DNA of 64,000 nucleotides from positions 6,280 to 70,279 of IMG/VR virus record IMGVR_UViG_3300034374_010855. One strand, written 5' to 3'. Numbering within the stretch: the stretch's first letter is position 1; each line of letters begins with the position of its first letter. The stretch comes from a virus. A program made the position numbers and the translations under genes. Below, piece by piece: positions 28,457 to 38,167 of this stretch. The notes beneath the pieces were generated by a model. It searched no databases. It was not told the DNA's origin and saw only the letters and a program-made list of their open reading frames with translations.

Positions 28457-29872
28457 ATGAAAATTAAATTATCAGAAGAACAATATAAAGCATTAATTAA
28501 TGAAATTGGTGGTTATGATGACCCTATTATTGGTATGCAAGATGAATCGTCTATAATTAAACAAATTTTGGAGGCTCATACACATTTAAAACAAGGTATG
28601 GATATACTTACAAGATTAATACCTGGTATTATAGTTCAAGATAGGTTAAGGTCTGAATTAAGTTATGTTAGAAACCAATTAGTTGACCCAATGAATGAAT
28701 TTAATGGTCTTTTGAGAAGGATTATGGGTAATCAAGGTCAAGGACATGAAATAGATAGAGAGTTAGACGAATCAAAAAAAAAAAGTAAGAAGAAAAAAGA
28801 CGCGTGTTATTACAAAGTAAAAAGTAGATATAAAGTCTGGCCTTCTGCTTATGCATCGGGTGCTTTAGTTAAGTGTAGAAAAGTAGGTGCTAAGAACTGG
28901 GGTAATTCAACCAACGAATCAGAAGAAATCCAAGAAAAATGGTCCAAATCAGAAAGAGAAAAAAGGGCAAAAAATTGTGATAACCCGAAAGGATTTACCA
29001 TGCAACAATTTTGCAAGAATCAGAAAACTAGGTCAAAAGAAGGTGAAAAATTAAATGAAAGAAAACTAACTTCAAAACCTAGTTCTGAAACAAGTTTAAG
29101 AGATTGGTTCAAAAGAAAGGGCGCTAAAGGTAGTACTGGAGGTTGGGTAGATTGTAATTCACCTGACGGAAAAGGTGGTTACAAATCTTGTGGAAGACAA
29201 GAAGGTGAAAAAAGAAGTAAATATCCAGCTTGTAGACCTACTCCAAGTGCTTGTAAAAAATATAAAAAAACTAAAGGAAAGTCTTGGGGTAAAAAAGCTT
29301 CTAAAAATGAATCTATATCTGAAGGTTTACAATATCATATAAATAATAATATTCCGTTAGTTGAAAACATTTATAGATGGGGGTCAGAGGGGTTTTTTAA
29401 TTTAATCAATGAAACTAGAGAGTTATATTATAATGGTGATATTGAATTAAATTCTATAGATAAAGAATTAATTGAAACAAATATAGGTGAAAAAGCTATA
29501 TTTGAAAATAAGAAAGTTTGGTTAGATATTCCAATGGAAGACATTGAGTATTTAACAGAAGAAGATAAATTTAAAGGTAAAAAATCTGGTTCACCACAAA
29601 GAGACTCTTCAGGTGGCAAAGCCTATAAAGTTTATGTTGCTGGTTGTGCTAAGAAAACAGATACAAATCCAAGAGGTATTAAATTAATTAGATTTGGTTC
29701 GGGTGGTTTAAAAGCTAAATTAAATAACCCTGAAGCTAAAAAATCTTTTAACGCTAGACATGGATGTTCAGAAGGACGACATAATGATAAATGTAAGGCA
29801 GGTTATTGGTCATGTCGCCTCCCACGTTACGCTAAAGCGTTAGGACTTAGTGGAGGAGGCACATGGTGGTGA
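28457..29872 (+). CDS. Polyprotein-like late protein with several basic Cys-rich modules
   Basis: Leader KIKLSEEQY; modules DACYYKVKSRYKVWPSAYASG, CDNPKGF, LRDWF..GWVDC..CGR..YPACRP, FNARHGC..AGYWSCR. Confidence 0.75.
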   Translation: MKIKLSEEQYKALINEIGGYDDPIIGMQDESSIIKQILEAHTHLKQGMDILTRLIPGIIVQDRLRSELSYVRNQLVDPMNEFNGLLRRIMGNQGQGHEIDRELDESKKKSKKKKDACYYKVKSRYKVWPSAYASGALVKCRKVGAKNWGNSTNESEEIQEKWSKSEREKRAKNCDNPKGFTMQQFCKNQKTRSKEGEKLNERKLTSKPSSETSLRDWFKRKGAKGSTGGWVDCNSPDGKGGYKSCGRQEGEKRSKYPACRPTPSACKKYKKTKGKSWGKKASKNESISEGLQYHINNNIPLVENIYRWGSEGFFNLINETRELYYNGDIELNSIDKELIETNIGEKAIFENKKVWLDIPMEDIEYLTEEDKFKGKKSGSPQRDSSGGKAYKVYVAGCAKKTDTNPRGIKLIRFGSGGLKAKLNNPEAKKSFNARHGCSEGRHNDKCKAGYWSCRLPRYAKALGLSGGGTWW

Positions 29873-29873
29873 T

Positions 29874-30134
29874 ATGAGTTTCCCTTTTAAAGAACATATA
29901 AAAAACGGTTATCATATTAGAATATTCTCTGAGGATATAAAAGAAGATGAATTAGTTTGGCATAGAGATAAAGAAGACCGAATAGTTGAATCAGTAGGTG
30001 ATACAAATTGGGAGATACAATTAGATAATGAATTACCTAAATCACTTACAGAAACTATTTATATACCAAAAGAGACATACCATAGAGTAATAAAAGGTAG
30101 TGGTGAGTTAATAGTTAAAGTTAAAAAATTATGA
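29874..30134 (+). CDS. Cupin-like small protein
   Basis: WHRDKEDR..IYIPKETYHRVIKG. Confidence 0.7.
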   Translation: MSFPFKEHIKNGYHIRIFSEDIKEDELVWHRDKEDRIVESVGDTNWEIQLDNELPKSLTETIYIPKETYHRVIKGSGELIVKVKKL

Positions 30135-30778
30135 ATATTGTAATAAGTGAATCACAATATAAATTATTGTTAGAAGAAAATAATGAACTATTCAAAAGAG
30201 TTAAGTTACCATATGATTATAGTGACTTAAAAGAATTTGTTGGTCCAGAAACTATGTGGGAACATTACAATAGACACTATAAAGGTTATACTGATAAATT
30301 AAATGAATCTTTTTCACATAGAAAAAATCCTCCAACTGACATTTTAGCTATAATAAAAAATATAGATAAATACAATACTTTTGTTAGAGACAACGCTGGT
30401 GGATATTACAATCACAGTTTATTTTGGGATTACATTACACCAAAATCAACTAAACCATCTTTAGAACTTAGTAAAAAAATAGACAAAGATTTTGGTAGTT
30501 TATCTAAATTAAAAAAGGTTTTTAGTGAACAAGCTATTAAAGTCTTTGGTTCTGGATGGTGTTGGTTGGTATATAAAGATGGTAAACTAAAAGTTGTAAC
30601 TACACCTAATCAAGATAATCCATTGATGAGTGATTTGGGTAAACCCTTATTGGGTTTAGATGTTTGGGAACACGCTTACTATCTTAATTACATGTCTAAT
30701 CGTAAAAAATATATTAAGAATTTTTGGAAAGTTGTCAATTGGGATACTGTCTCTAAAGAGTTTAATTTGGTAGTTTAA
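30131..30778 (+). CDS. sod: Fe/Mn superoxide dismutase (Mn-type signature) with extra N-terminal leader
   Basis: LPYDY, H-x-x-x-H, GGYYNHSLFW, FGSGW, NQDNP, DVWEHAYY. Confidence 0.95.
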   Translation: MNIVISESQYKLLLEENNELFKRVKLPYDYSDLKEFVGPETMWEHYNRHYKGYTDKLNESFSHRKNPPTDILAIIKNIDKYNTFVRDNAGGYYNHSLFWDYITPKSTKPSLELSKKIDKDFGSLSKLKKVFSEQAIKVFGSGWCWLVYKDGKLKVVTTPNQDNPLMSDLGKPLLGLDVWEHAYYLNYMSNRKKYIKNFWKVVNWDTVSKEFNLVV

Positions 30779-30814
30779 TTTTTTTTACTTATCTTTGTAT
30801 TATAAAGAAAGTAT

Positions 30815-31096
30815 ATGACATTAAAAGAATTAAAAGAAGAGTGTAGAAAAAATGGATTAAAGGTTTCGGGGACTAAAGATGAGTTAATAGAAAGACTTAA
30901 AAAACCAACCGAAAAAGATATTTCAACGGATACAACAAAAAAATTTTTAACTATAGGGTTTAGACTAGGTGACCCTAAAAAAGAAAAATTAAAACGTTTA
31001 TTAGTTAAAGGTCTCGCTAAGTTTAAATATTATTCTTGTGATATATATTACTATCGTGTAGATAAAAAATCTTGGGTGGAAGTATTAAAATCTTAA
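30815..31096 (+). CDS. SAP-domain protein
   Basis: MTLKELKEECRKNGLKVSGTKDELIERL; TTTG(30766)/TATCTTTG(30790-30797) promoter. Confidence 0.85.
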   Translation: MTLKELKEECRKNGLKVSGTKDELIERLKKPTEKDISTDTTKKFLTIGFRLGDPKKEKLKRLLVKGLAKFKYYSCDIYYYRVDKKSWVEVLKS

Positions 31097-31189
31097 AAAA
31101 TATTATAAAATATTGACTTATCGTAATTTTTAATATATTTATCTTTGTCTTACCTAATAGGGTAAAACTTTATACTTTCCTCATTATAG

Positions 31190-31219
31190 AAAAAAAGGGA
31201 CTATTCGTCCCTTTTTTTT
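31190..31219. terminator. Bidirectional intrinsic terminator
   Basis: A7-GGGAC-TATTC-GTCCC-T8. Confidence 0.85.
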
Positions 31220-31302
31220 AGATACTTTCTCTCCTTTTTTTTAGTTTAATTTATTTAACTAGTTACATCTATAAATATCACTTAAAAAGTATAAAATTTA
31301 AT

Positions 31303-31647
31303 TTATTTCCAAAAAATTTGAATCAAAACAAGTGTAAATGCTAACACTAATGATAAAAATGTTTTGTTACTGATACTCTCACCCAAAAAAAACCAAGTAC
31401 AAAAGGCGAATACAACTATACCTAAACTAAACGCTAAAAATCTCTGTGGCCACAAAAGTCCATTAAAACCACGATAACCTAACCTAGTAGCCTCAATAAA
31501 AAAGTAGCTGATTGGGATTCCTAACAATGACAATAACAAAGTATTTTTTTCAAACCACTTCCAAATAAATTGCCCATTTAATTGAAACCACACACTTATT
31601 TGTCCAATAGATATAAATAAAATAAAAAGTAAGATATCTTTATTCAT
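31303..31647 (-). CDS. Four-TM small membrane protein (DMT/SMR-like topology)
   Basis: Four hydrophobic helices; FFLGESIS..K. Confidence 0.65.
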   Translation of the reverse strand: MNKDILLFILFISIGQISVWFQLNGQFIWKWFEKNTLLLSLLGIPISYFFIEATRLGYRGFNGLLWPQRFLAFSLGIVVFAFCTWFFLGESISNKTFLSLVLAFTLVLIQIFWK

Positions 31648-31699
31648 ATTAATAATGGTAGTATTTTTATTTAAATAAGTACATGATATTTATTAATGT

Positions 31700-34309
31700 A
31701 TGCAAGAATATAAACCTAAAATACAAAAAGAGTTATTAGAACTTTATATTGAAAAATTTTGGCCGAGATGGAGAAGAGAATTGTGGAATAAAGCTTATCG
31801 GACATTTCATCCAACTACATATAGGTTGGGTTTTTCTACTCCCGAGGACAATTTTTCGGATACGTTGGAATTTTTGAGTGACGAAGTAGTATCTGAAGGT
31901 ACAAAATTAGGTTTACTTAATCCTGACACACTTAACAGTTTTCCTAAATTAAAAGGTAAATTGATTTTAAGTTTAGGAACTAATTTAGATTGGGTAAGTA
32001 GTATGTTACTTTATTCAGTAATATACGATTTAGTTATGGATTTTAGATGTTATAAAGGTGAGGAAGGTATTGACCCTAATTGTGAAGGAAGATTTATGGA
32101 TGATTTCAACTGTTTACAAGATATTTATGAAACATTGTATGATTTTATGTTGGAATTAGAGAATTTTGGGGTACCTGTTGGTGATTTAATTGGTAGTGAA
32201 AAATTAAAAAAAATACCATTAGTAAATAAAACAAAGTGTAAACATAAACATAGATATTTGAGGATTAGTCCACTTTATGTGAAGTGTCACACTTGTGGTG
32301 ATGAAATATACGAACCTTTAGAACTTGGAAAAACTTGGAGAGGTCTTAGTGTTGATGGTGAAGGAAATGTTGTAGATGATGAAGGAAATATAGTAGATTA
32401 TGAAAACACTAATGAATTATTACAAGAGGCATTAGAAGATGACCAACAGGTTAAATTTCTTTTAGATAATATAGATTTGGTTAAAATAATGAAAGGACCA
32501 GATTCTATACTTTTATCTGATTTTGTTGAGGGTTTACGTCAATGGTCTAAGTATAATCCAATAACAACTAATTTATCACCATTTTTAACTGACCCAGAAA
32601 CAATGTTTAAAGGTGAGTACGCGTCTGAGATAATGCAGTGGGCAACCGAAAATAATTCTTGGCCACCAAACTATAACGAATATTTTAAAAAACAAGAAGA
32701 CCCATTACCTTATCTTTGGTCTGTGAGACAAGAAGTTAGAGAAGCTATGACGAGAATGACTTTAAATTTCATGCAAGAAAATAATTTAGATATGGGTCTT
32801 GATAATGTTAACAAAATATTTAAAGAATTAGCAAGAAGATTATATCGTTTTATTTTATTTGGTCCTTATCTTAAAAAAGCTCAATCACGTTCACGTACAC
32901 AATTAGATGAAAATAATAAAATTAATCCAAAAGTATCTGTTGGTGACATAATACAACTATTGCACATGGAAGACTCTTACAATCCAGTTCCTATCGCTAC
33001 AAAAGGTATAGTTGTTGGTTTTGATAAAGACCCATGGGAAGATAGAATTTTAGTGAAATGGATTATAGATGATGATAAAAAAATATATAAAAACATACCA
33101 TTATATCCATCTATAGACGCTTATAGAATTGTTGGTAGTGATGAAATATTGAGTGAATCCACATTATTAAATGAAGGTGATGTACAAGAAATAAATTATA
33201 CTAGTTTTAGTGAACCTAAATTTTATGGTGGTAAAGGGTACATTTACTTTAAAACTAAAGATTTTAAATTACCAGAATCTGAAAAAATAATATTAATAGG
33301 TCCAAATGATAAAGATTATCCACAAATAAACATAGATGCTAGTGAAGTTACAAAAGGTAAATATGGTGGGTTACAAATTAATTACAATAGTAATACAAAA
33401 CAAGAAATAGATTTACTTTTTAGAGATAATTTAACGTCTAAGTCTGGTGAAAATAAGTGTGATTTTAGTTGGGTTCTAAACCCAAAGTATTGGTCTAATA
33501 CTTCATGGAAAAAAAGATTATTTAAGGTTATTTTAGATAGTTTAAAAGAGGTTTATAGTGAATATATTGCCCCAACAGGATTACCTACAACTAAACACAT
33601 TAAAAATGGATTTATTAATTTACCTGGAACTGATGCTTATGGAACAAATCATGGTTGGTCAATAATAAATTTCTTTTCAACTAACCCATTAGTTAGAAAA
33701 ATATTATTAAAAGAATTTGAAAACTTTGTAAATTCAGACACTAAACAACCTAAATCTGATAATTGTAGATTTAATATAGACGAATTTATAAAATGGGTGG
33801 ATGATGAAAAATATAATATTTTTGGTTTTGACACACCAACCTTTAAAGAAATGGTAAAAGTAAATCAATCTTCTTGGAAACGTGGAAATGAAAATGAACA
33901 AAAAGCTGCTAAATTTTTAATCGATTTATATGATGGTTGGGATATTATTTATGGTGGTGAACCTGGAATTTATAAAGACGCATTAGAAGGGTCAGATATA
34001 ATGATGATTGATAAAAAAAGTGGTGAAAAAATGAATGTTCAAGTTAAACCTTTATCTAATTCTAATGATGTAAATGAAAAAGATGGTAAATGGTGGGTTA
34101 AATCCGCTTGGTTAAAAAAATACCCTTTAAGTGTTACTCACTTATTATTTGGTCCATCTAAAGATGATAATAATACGGTATTTATATTTAAGAACGAAGG
34201 TCAAGAACCGACACATATGGATAAGAATGAATATATGGTATTTAATTCACCACCAATCAATTCAAAACAGATTAAAGAATCTACATATAGTTTATTCTGG
34301 AATATTTAA
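31700..34309 (+). CDS. Large modular late protein with DUF4314-like central domain and C-terminal PD-(D/E)XK-like domain
   Basis: VGDIIQLLHMEDSYNPVPIATKGIV..VKW; GNENE..GSDIMM..VQVKP; CHTC; TATTTATT at 31687-31694. Confidence 0.6.
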   Translation: MQEYKPKIQKELLELYIEKFWPRWRRELWNKAYRTFHPTTYRLGFSTPEDNFSDTLEFLSDEVVSEGTKLGLLNPDTLNSFPKLKGKLILSLGTNLDWVSSMLLYSVIYDLVMDFRCYKGEEGIDPNCEGRFMDDFNCLQDIYETLYDFMLELENFGVPVGDLIGSEKLKKIPLVNKTKCKHKHRYLRISPLYVKCHTCGDEIYEPLELGKTWRGLSVDGEGNVVDDEGNIVDYENTNELLQEALEDDQQVKFLLDNIDLVKIMKGPDSILLSDFVEGLRQWSKYNPITTNLSPFLTDPETMFKGEYASEIMQWATENNSWPPNYNEYFKKQEDPLPYLWSVRQEVREAMTRMTLNFMQENNLDMGLDNVNKIFKELARRLYRFILFGPYLKKAQSRSRTQLDENNKINPKVSVGDIIQLLHMEDSYNPVPIATKGIVVGFDKDPWEDRILVKWIIDDDKKIYKNIPLYPSIDAYRIVGSDEILSESTLLNEGDVQEINYTSFSEPKFYGGKGYIYFKTKDFKLPESEKIILIGPNDKDYPQINIDASEVTKGKYGGLQINYNSNTKQEIDLLFRDNLTSKSGENKCDFSWVLNPKYWSNTSWKKRLFKVILDSLKEVYSEYIAPTGLPTTKHIKNGFINLPGTDAYGTNHGWSIINFFSTNPLVRKILLKEFENFVNSDTKQPKSDNCRFNIDEFIKWVDDEKYNIFGFDTPTFKEMVKVNQSSWKRGNENEQKAAKFLIDLYDGWDIIYGGEPGIYKDALEGSDIMMIDKKSGEKMNVQVKPLSNSNDVNEKDGKWWVKSAWLKKYPLSVTHLLFGPSKDDNNTVFIFKNEGQEPTHMDKNEYMVFNSPPINSKQIKESTYSLFWNI

Positions 34310-35266
34310 ATCTTCTAAACTTTTTTTCATAGCTTGTAAAGAATACGTATATTCTAAAGTTTTGTTTACCAAAGAATCGACATCATAAGTTGTGGTAGTA
34401 TTATTATCACCATTATAAATAGTCCAAATAGGTTGTTCATAAATTCTATTAGACCTATAAATATTGTCACCAATTATACTATCATCAATAACCGTATCCT
34501 CTATAGTAGGAGTATAAGGAGTAGGATATTCTCCACCATCATTGTTTACTATTCTTTCACAATTTTCTTTATCAATACCTTTAAAATAATAAGAATTAGG
34601 TTTTTTATGTTCTAAAAAATGGTCTAAAACTATTTGAGTTATCTTAGATGGTAATTTTAAAGTCATAGAATCTACTTTTCTATCCTCTGAATCCCACCAA
34701 CTCATTTCGACACCTTTTTCTTTTTCTAAGTACCAATGAACACCAAATTTTTCATTTGTACCTAATTTTATCACATACAACAATATACCATCGTTTGAAT
34801 ATCTATAAAATGGAGTATTTTCATTTCTACTACTTGTACACCATTTTGTACCTGCACCATATATTTTAGATGATTCATAACTTAATGGTTTTAATATTAA
34901 CCATTCATCATCTTTGTAAATTATTTTTATTTCTTTTTTTAAATCATTTTTCTTTAATTTAATTTCAGCAAATACTAATTGTTCGTGTAAATCAGCAAAA
35001 TCATTTAAAAGTGAAATATCTTTAATTTTAGTTCGATTATTTTCTAAATGTGTGTTAAAATCTTTTAAAGCTTTTAAATTTTCTGAACCGATAACGTATT
35101 TTAATTCCTCTTTAATATGACTTTTAAAACTAGTTATTTCTTCTTTAAATTTTTTAATTAATAAAATTAAAAATTTATTTGTTTTTGAAGGGTCTAGTTC
35201 AGACAATAAGTCAATTATGTCTATCTGTAAATCTTTATGTTGTAACTTTAAATCTTTTTTTCCCAT
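34292..35266 (-). CDS. Hypothetical phage protein (YG-x-GTKWC, PcfJ-like motif)
   Basis: WLILKPLSYESSKIYGAGTKWCTS..LLYVI..WWDSED. Confidence 0.7.
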   Translation of the reverse strand: MGKKDLKLQHKDLQIDIIDLLSELDPSKTNKFLILLIKKFKEEITSFKSHIKEELKYVIGSENLKALKDFNTHLENNRTKIKDISLLNDFADLHEQLVFAEIKLKKNDLKKEIKIIYKDDEWLILKPLSYESSKIYGAGTKWCTSSRNENTPFYRYSNDGILLYVIKLGTNEKFGVHWYLEKEKGVEMSWWDSEDRKVDSMTLKLPSKITQIVLDHFLEHKKPNSYYFKGIDKENCERIVNNDGGEYPTPYTPTIEDTVIDDSIIGDNIYRSNRIYEQPIWTIYNGDNNTTTTYDVDSLVNKTLEYTYSLQAMKKSLEDLNIPE

Positions 35267-35348
35267 AACATAAAAATATTAATTTTTTTAATAGAGTAAA
35301 CGTCTTTTTGATATATTATAAATACTTATCGTCAAAATAAAAAATATC

Positions 35349-35495
35349 ATGGATATATATGAAATAATTGAATTGTTGGATGAAGCAATCAACGATAAAG
35401 ATTGGGATACTGTACAACTATGTAAGGATAAGTTGGAAGATATTTATAATTTGAATGATGGTACACTAGACGGATATTATCATTCAGAAGATTAA
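35349..35495 (+). CDS. 48-aa acidic micro-protein
   Basis: Manual translation MDIYEIIELLDEAINDKDWDTVQLCKDKLEDIYNL.. Confidence 0.5.
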   Translation: MDIYEIIELLDEAINDKDWDTVQLCKDKLEDIYNLNDGTLDGYYHSED

Positions 35496-36406
35496 TTTAT
35501 CTTTTCCATCCATAAATTAATTGAATTGTTTGTCCCAAAAATACCATTCATCACAATATTATTTAATTCACCATCAATTATAGAACTTAAAGATACTTGA
35601 CCAGAATAATTACCACCAATAGTAATACATTCGTAAAGTGTTAAGTTATATAGGTTATTACCGACATTGTTAGATAATGAATAAGTGTTAGTATTTAAAC
35701 CATTTATTGAATATGCTACACCACTTATGAAATTAATGGTATCGTTTGGATAATAAGGTGTTGTACCGTTATCATAACGAGTTATCACCCAAGTAGTACC
35801 ACTTAATTGTAAATGACCTGGAATATCTTCAATATTTATAGTGATGGTACCACCAAAAGTATAATCTAATCTACTTTCAAAATCACAATCATTACAACTA
35901 TAACCATCTCTAACAAATGTTAATACTGTATAATAATGGTAATTATCACCATCATAAGATTCATTAGATTCATATATTTTAACTTGTAAAATGTTTTCAT
36001 CTAGATAAATTACACCTAAGTGTCTAACAGACCCATATGGTGGTATACCTAATAATGTATAATTTTTTGCAACACCACTACCACTACTATTATATTCGTA
36101 AGTGTTCCCATTATTTAAAACAAATATACCATCATTAAAATACCAAGTAGTCACACCTAATTCAATGTTATCAATGTCTATTTGTGAACCACCAAATATA
36201 TCTAAATTAGAAATATCTTGTGAATTATCAAAATGGTTATAATATACCATTTCACCATTTGTCAAATTTTCTACATATACATTACCACTATTTAAAACCC
36301 ACAAAGTATTCTCAATTGTTGGGTAACCCTCAGTCAATTCATATTTCTCACAACTACTAAAAATTAGTGTTATTAATAACAGATAAGTAATAATTTTATT
36401 ATACAT
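35492..36406 (-). CDS. Lipoprotein with two beta-rich (lipocalin-like) repeats
   Basis: Lipobox FSSC-EK; two L/I-x-x-T-x-W-V-L/I starts; promoter TTTG(36484)/TATATTTG(36460-36453). Confidence 0.72.
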   Translation of the reverse strand: MYNKIITYLLLITLIFSSCEKYELTEGYPTIENTLWVLNSGNVYVENLTNGEMVYYNHFDNSQDISNLDIFGGSQIDIDNIELGVTTWYFNDGIFVLNNGNTYEYNSSGSGVAKNYTLLGIPPYGSVRHLGVIYLDENILQVKIYESNESYDGDNYHYYTVLTFVRDGYSCNDCDFESRLDYTFGGTITINIEDIPGHLQLSGTTWVITRYDNGTTPYYPNDTINFISGVAYSINGLNTNTYSLSNNVGNNLYNLTLYECITIGGNYSGQVSLSSIIDGELNNIVMNGIFGTNNSINLWMEKIN

Positions 36407-36505
36407 ATTTAATTTTTTAAATTTTAATGGTGTTTATATTGCTTTAGTTTGTCAAATATAATCAATTATTCTGTAATATACAAATATTTATATGAAAACT
36501 CTAAA

Positions 36506-36829
36506 ATGGGTAATTCGTTTAAATTAAGTTTATATCTAGAACATATCGTAAATGATATAGTTAATAAACGAAAACTGCATTATACAGAAGAAGGGCTTAA
36601 AAAAAATATATTTACCTTTCTTGATACTATTTATGATAATAGGGGTGGTTTTAATTTAACAGAAGCAAATAATTTAATTAAAGGAGGTTTTAAAGAACAA
36701 TTAATTGAAGAAGCTATTTGTCAAATGTCGGATGATGAAGATTATTTAACTTCAACAATCAATAAAAAAATTAACACTATCTCAAAACAATATATAAAAG
36801 AATGGATAAACAAAAAAATAAGTAGATGA
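36506..36829 (+). CDS. Hypothetical late protein
   Basis: Start revised to the ATG after TATTTATA (36485-36492). Confidence 0.6.
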   Translation: MGNSFKLSLYLEHIVNDIVNKRKLHYTEEGLKKNIFTFLDTIYDNRGGFNLTEANNLIKGGFKEQLIEEAICQMSDDEDYLTSTINKKINTISKQYIKEWINKKISR

Positions 36830-37158
36830 AAAAAGTAATAAGACTTACGGAATCAGAATTAGTTTCAATAATAGAAAATTTAACATTAGGTTATGAATTG
36901 GAAGAAAAAAAAGGAACTTCTTCGATGAAAAATAAAACTAAACCTAAATCCACAGATGCTAATGCTAATCCAATAGCGAAAAAAACCTTTAATGATATTG
37001 TTGGTCATTTAGAAGCTACTAAAGGTGCTTTTAGTTTAAGAAATAAAAGTACTACAGAAAATTTAGAAGATGATAAACTAAAAAAGACTTGGAAGTGGAA
37101 AACTAACGATGGTAAAGTTAATGTTGTGGTTAGTGTAGACGTTAAAATGAATAGTTAA
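36826..37158 (+). CDS. Late protein with KVIRLTESEL leader
   Basis: Leader motif; overlaps the upstream stop codon. Confidence 0.72.
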   Translation: MKKVIRLTESELVSIIENLTLGYELEEKKGTSSMKNKTKPKSTDANANPIAKKTFNDIVGHLEATKGAFSLRNKSTTENLEDDKLKKTWKWKTNDGKVNVVVSVDVKMNS

Positions 37159-37160
37159 TA

Positions 37161-38117
37161 ATGAAAAAAGTAAAAGTAACAGAAACTGAATTAATTACAA
37201 TCATTAAAACAATGATTAACGAACAAGAAGAAGGTAGTGAAGGTGGTGGTACTACTGGTGCTAAGACTTGGGAAAGTGGTTTAACTAGAGGACCCGCTAA
37301 TCCAGCAGGTAGTATTGGTAAATGGGCTGACACTTATTCTATCAGTAGAGGTAAAGCTAATCCATTATGGGAAGATGAAGATTATGAAGAATATGATGAT
37401 GATGAAGTTGATATAGATTTATTAAATGAAAGTAAATGGTACAACACATTTCTTGATTTTGTTGGTGTTGTAGACCCAACTGGTGTTGCTGATGCCATTA
37501 ATGCTGTTTCATATTTTAGACAAGGTGATATTTTATATGGTATATTAAGTTTGATATCCTTAGTTCCTTATGTTGGAGATGCTATAGCTAAACCATTTAT
37601 TGTCATAATGAAAAGTGGTAAAATCAACACAAAAATAATTAATGCTGGATTAAAAAGTGGTAATGCATCCAAGATAACTGCTGAAATGGGAAAAACAAAA
37701 GCTGGTAAAGCGGTGTTAGAAACTATGAAAAATCCAACAACACAAAATTTCTTAGGGAATATATTAGGTAAAATAAGTAAAATACCAGGATTCAAAAATT
37801 TCTCAAAAGATGCTAAAACTTATCTTAATCTATTTACACAAGCAGCGAAACAAACTGGTAAAATCAAAGTGTTTAGACAAAGTGGTGGTTTGTTGACTAG
37901 AATGCAAAGAAAAGGACTACTAAATAGAACAAAATTATATAGTAAATTTATAAATTATCTTATGGGTACTGGTGTTGGTGCTGCAGCAATAGAAGGTATG
38001 GGTGAAAATAAATTAAATAGTAAATTTGAAGAATTTTTAAATTCACAAGATGGGATGGATTTCTTTAATAGTATGAATAAACAAGACCAAGGTGATTTTG
38101 TTGATGCTTTAAAATAA
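37161..38117 (+). CDS. Late protein with leader and pre-toxin TG (PT-TG)-like hydrophobic hairpin
   Basis: LDFVGVVDPTGVADAINAVSYFRQGDILYGILSLISLVPYVGD directly after LLNE. Confidence 0.65.
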   Translation: MKKVKVTETELITIIKTMINEQEEGSEGGGTTGAKTWESGLTRGPANPAGSIGKWADTYSISRGKANPLWEDEDYEEYDDDEVDIDLLNESKWYNTFLDFVGVVDPTGVADAINAVSYFRQGDILYGILSLISLVPYVGDAIAKPFIVIMKSGKINTKIINAGLKSGNASKITAEMGKTKAGKAVLETMKNPTTQNFLGNILGKISKIPGFKNFSKDAKTYLNLFTQAAKQTGKIKVFRQSGGLLTRMQRKGLLNRTKLYSKFINYLMGTGVGAAAIEGMGENKLNSKFEEFLNSQDGMDFFNSMNKQDQGDFVDALK

Positions 38118-38167
38118 TGAACTAAAATTTTATTAAATAAATTAATATTTATAATAAAAAAAGAACT

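Noticed and set aside
31263-31268. ATG-TAA minigene after a minus-strand late motif
   Set aside because: Only 1 nt from the motif, so probably upstream of the transcription start, and expected by chance in AT-rich DNA.
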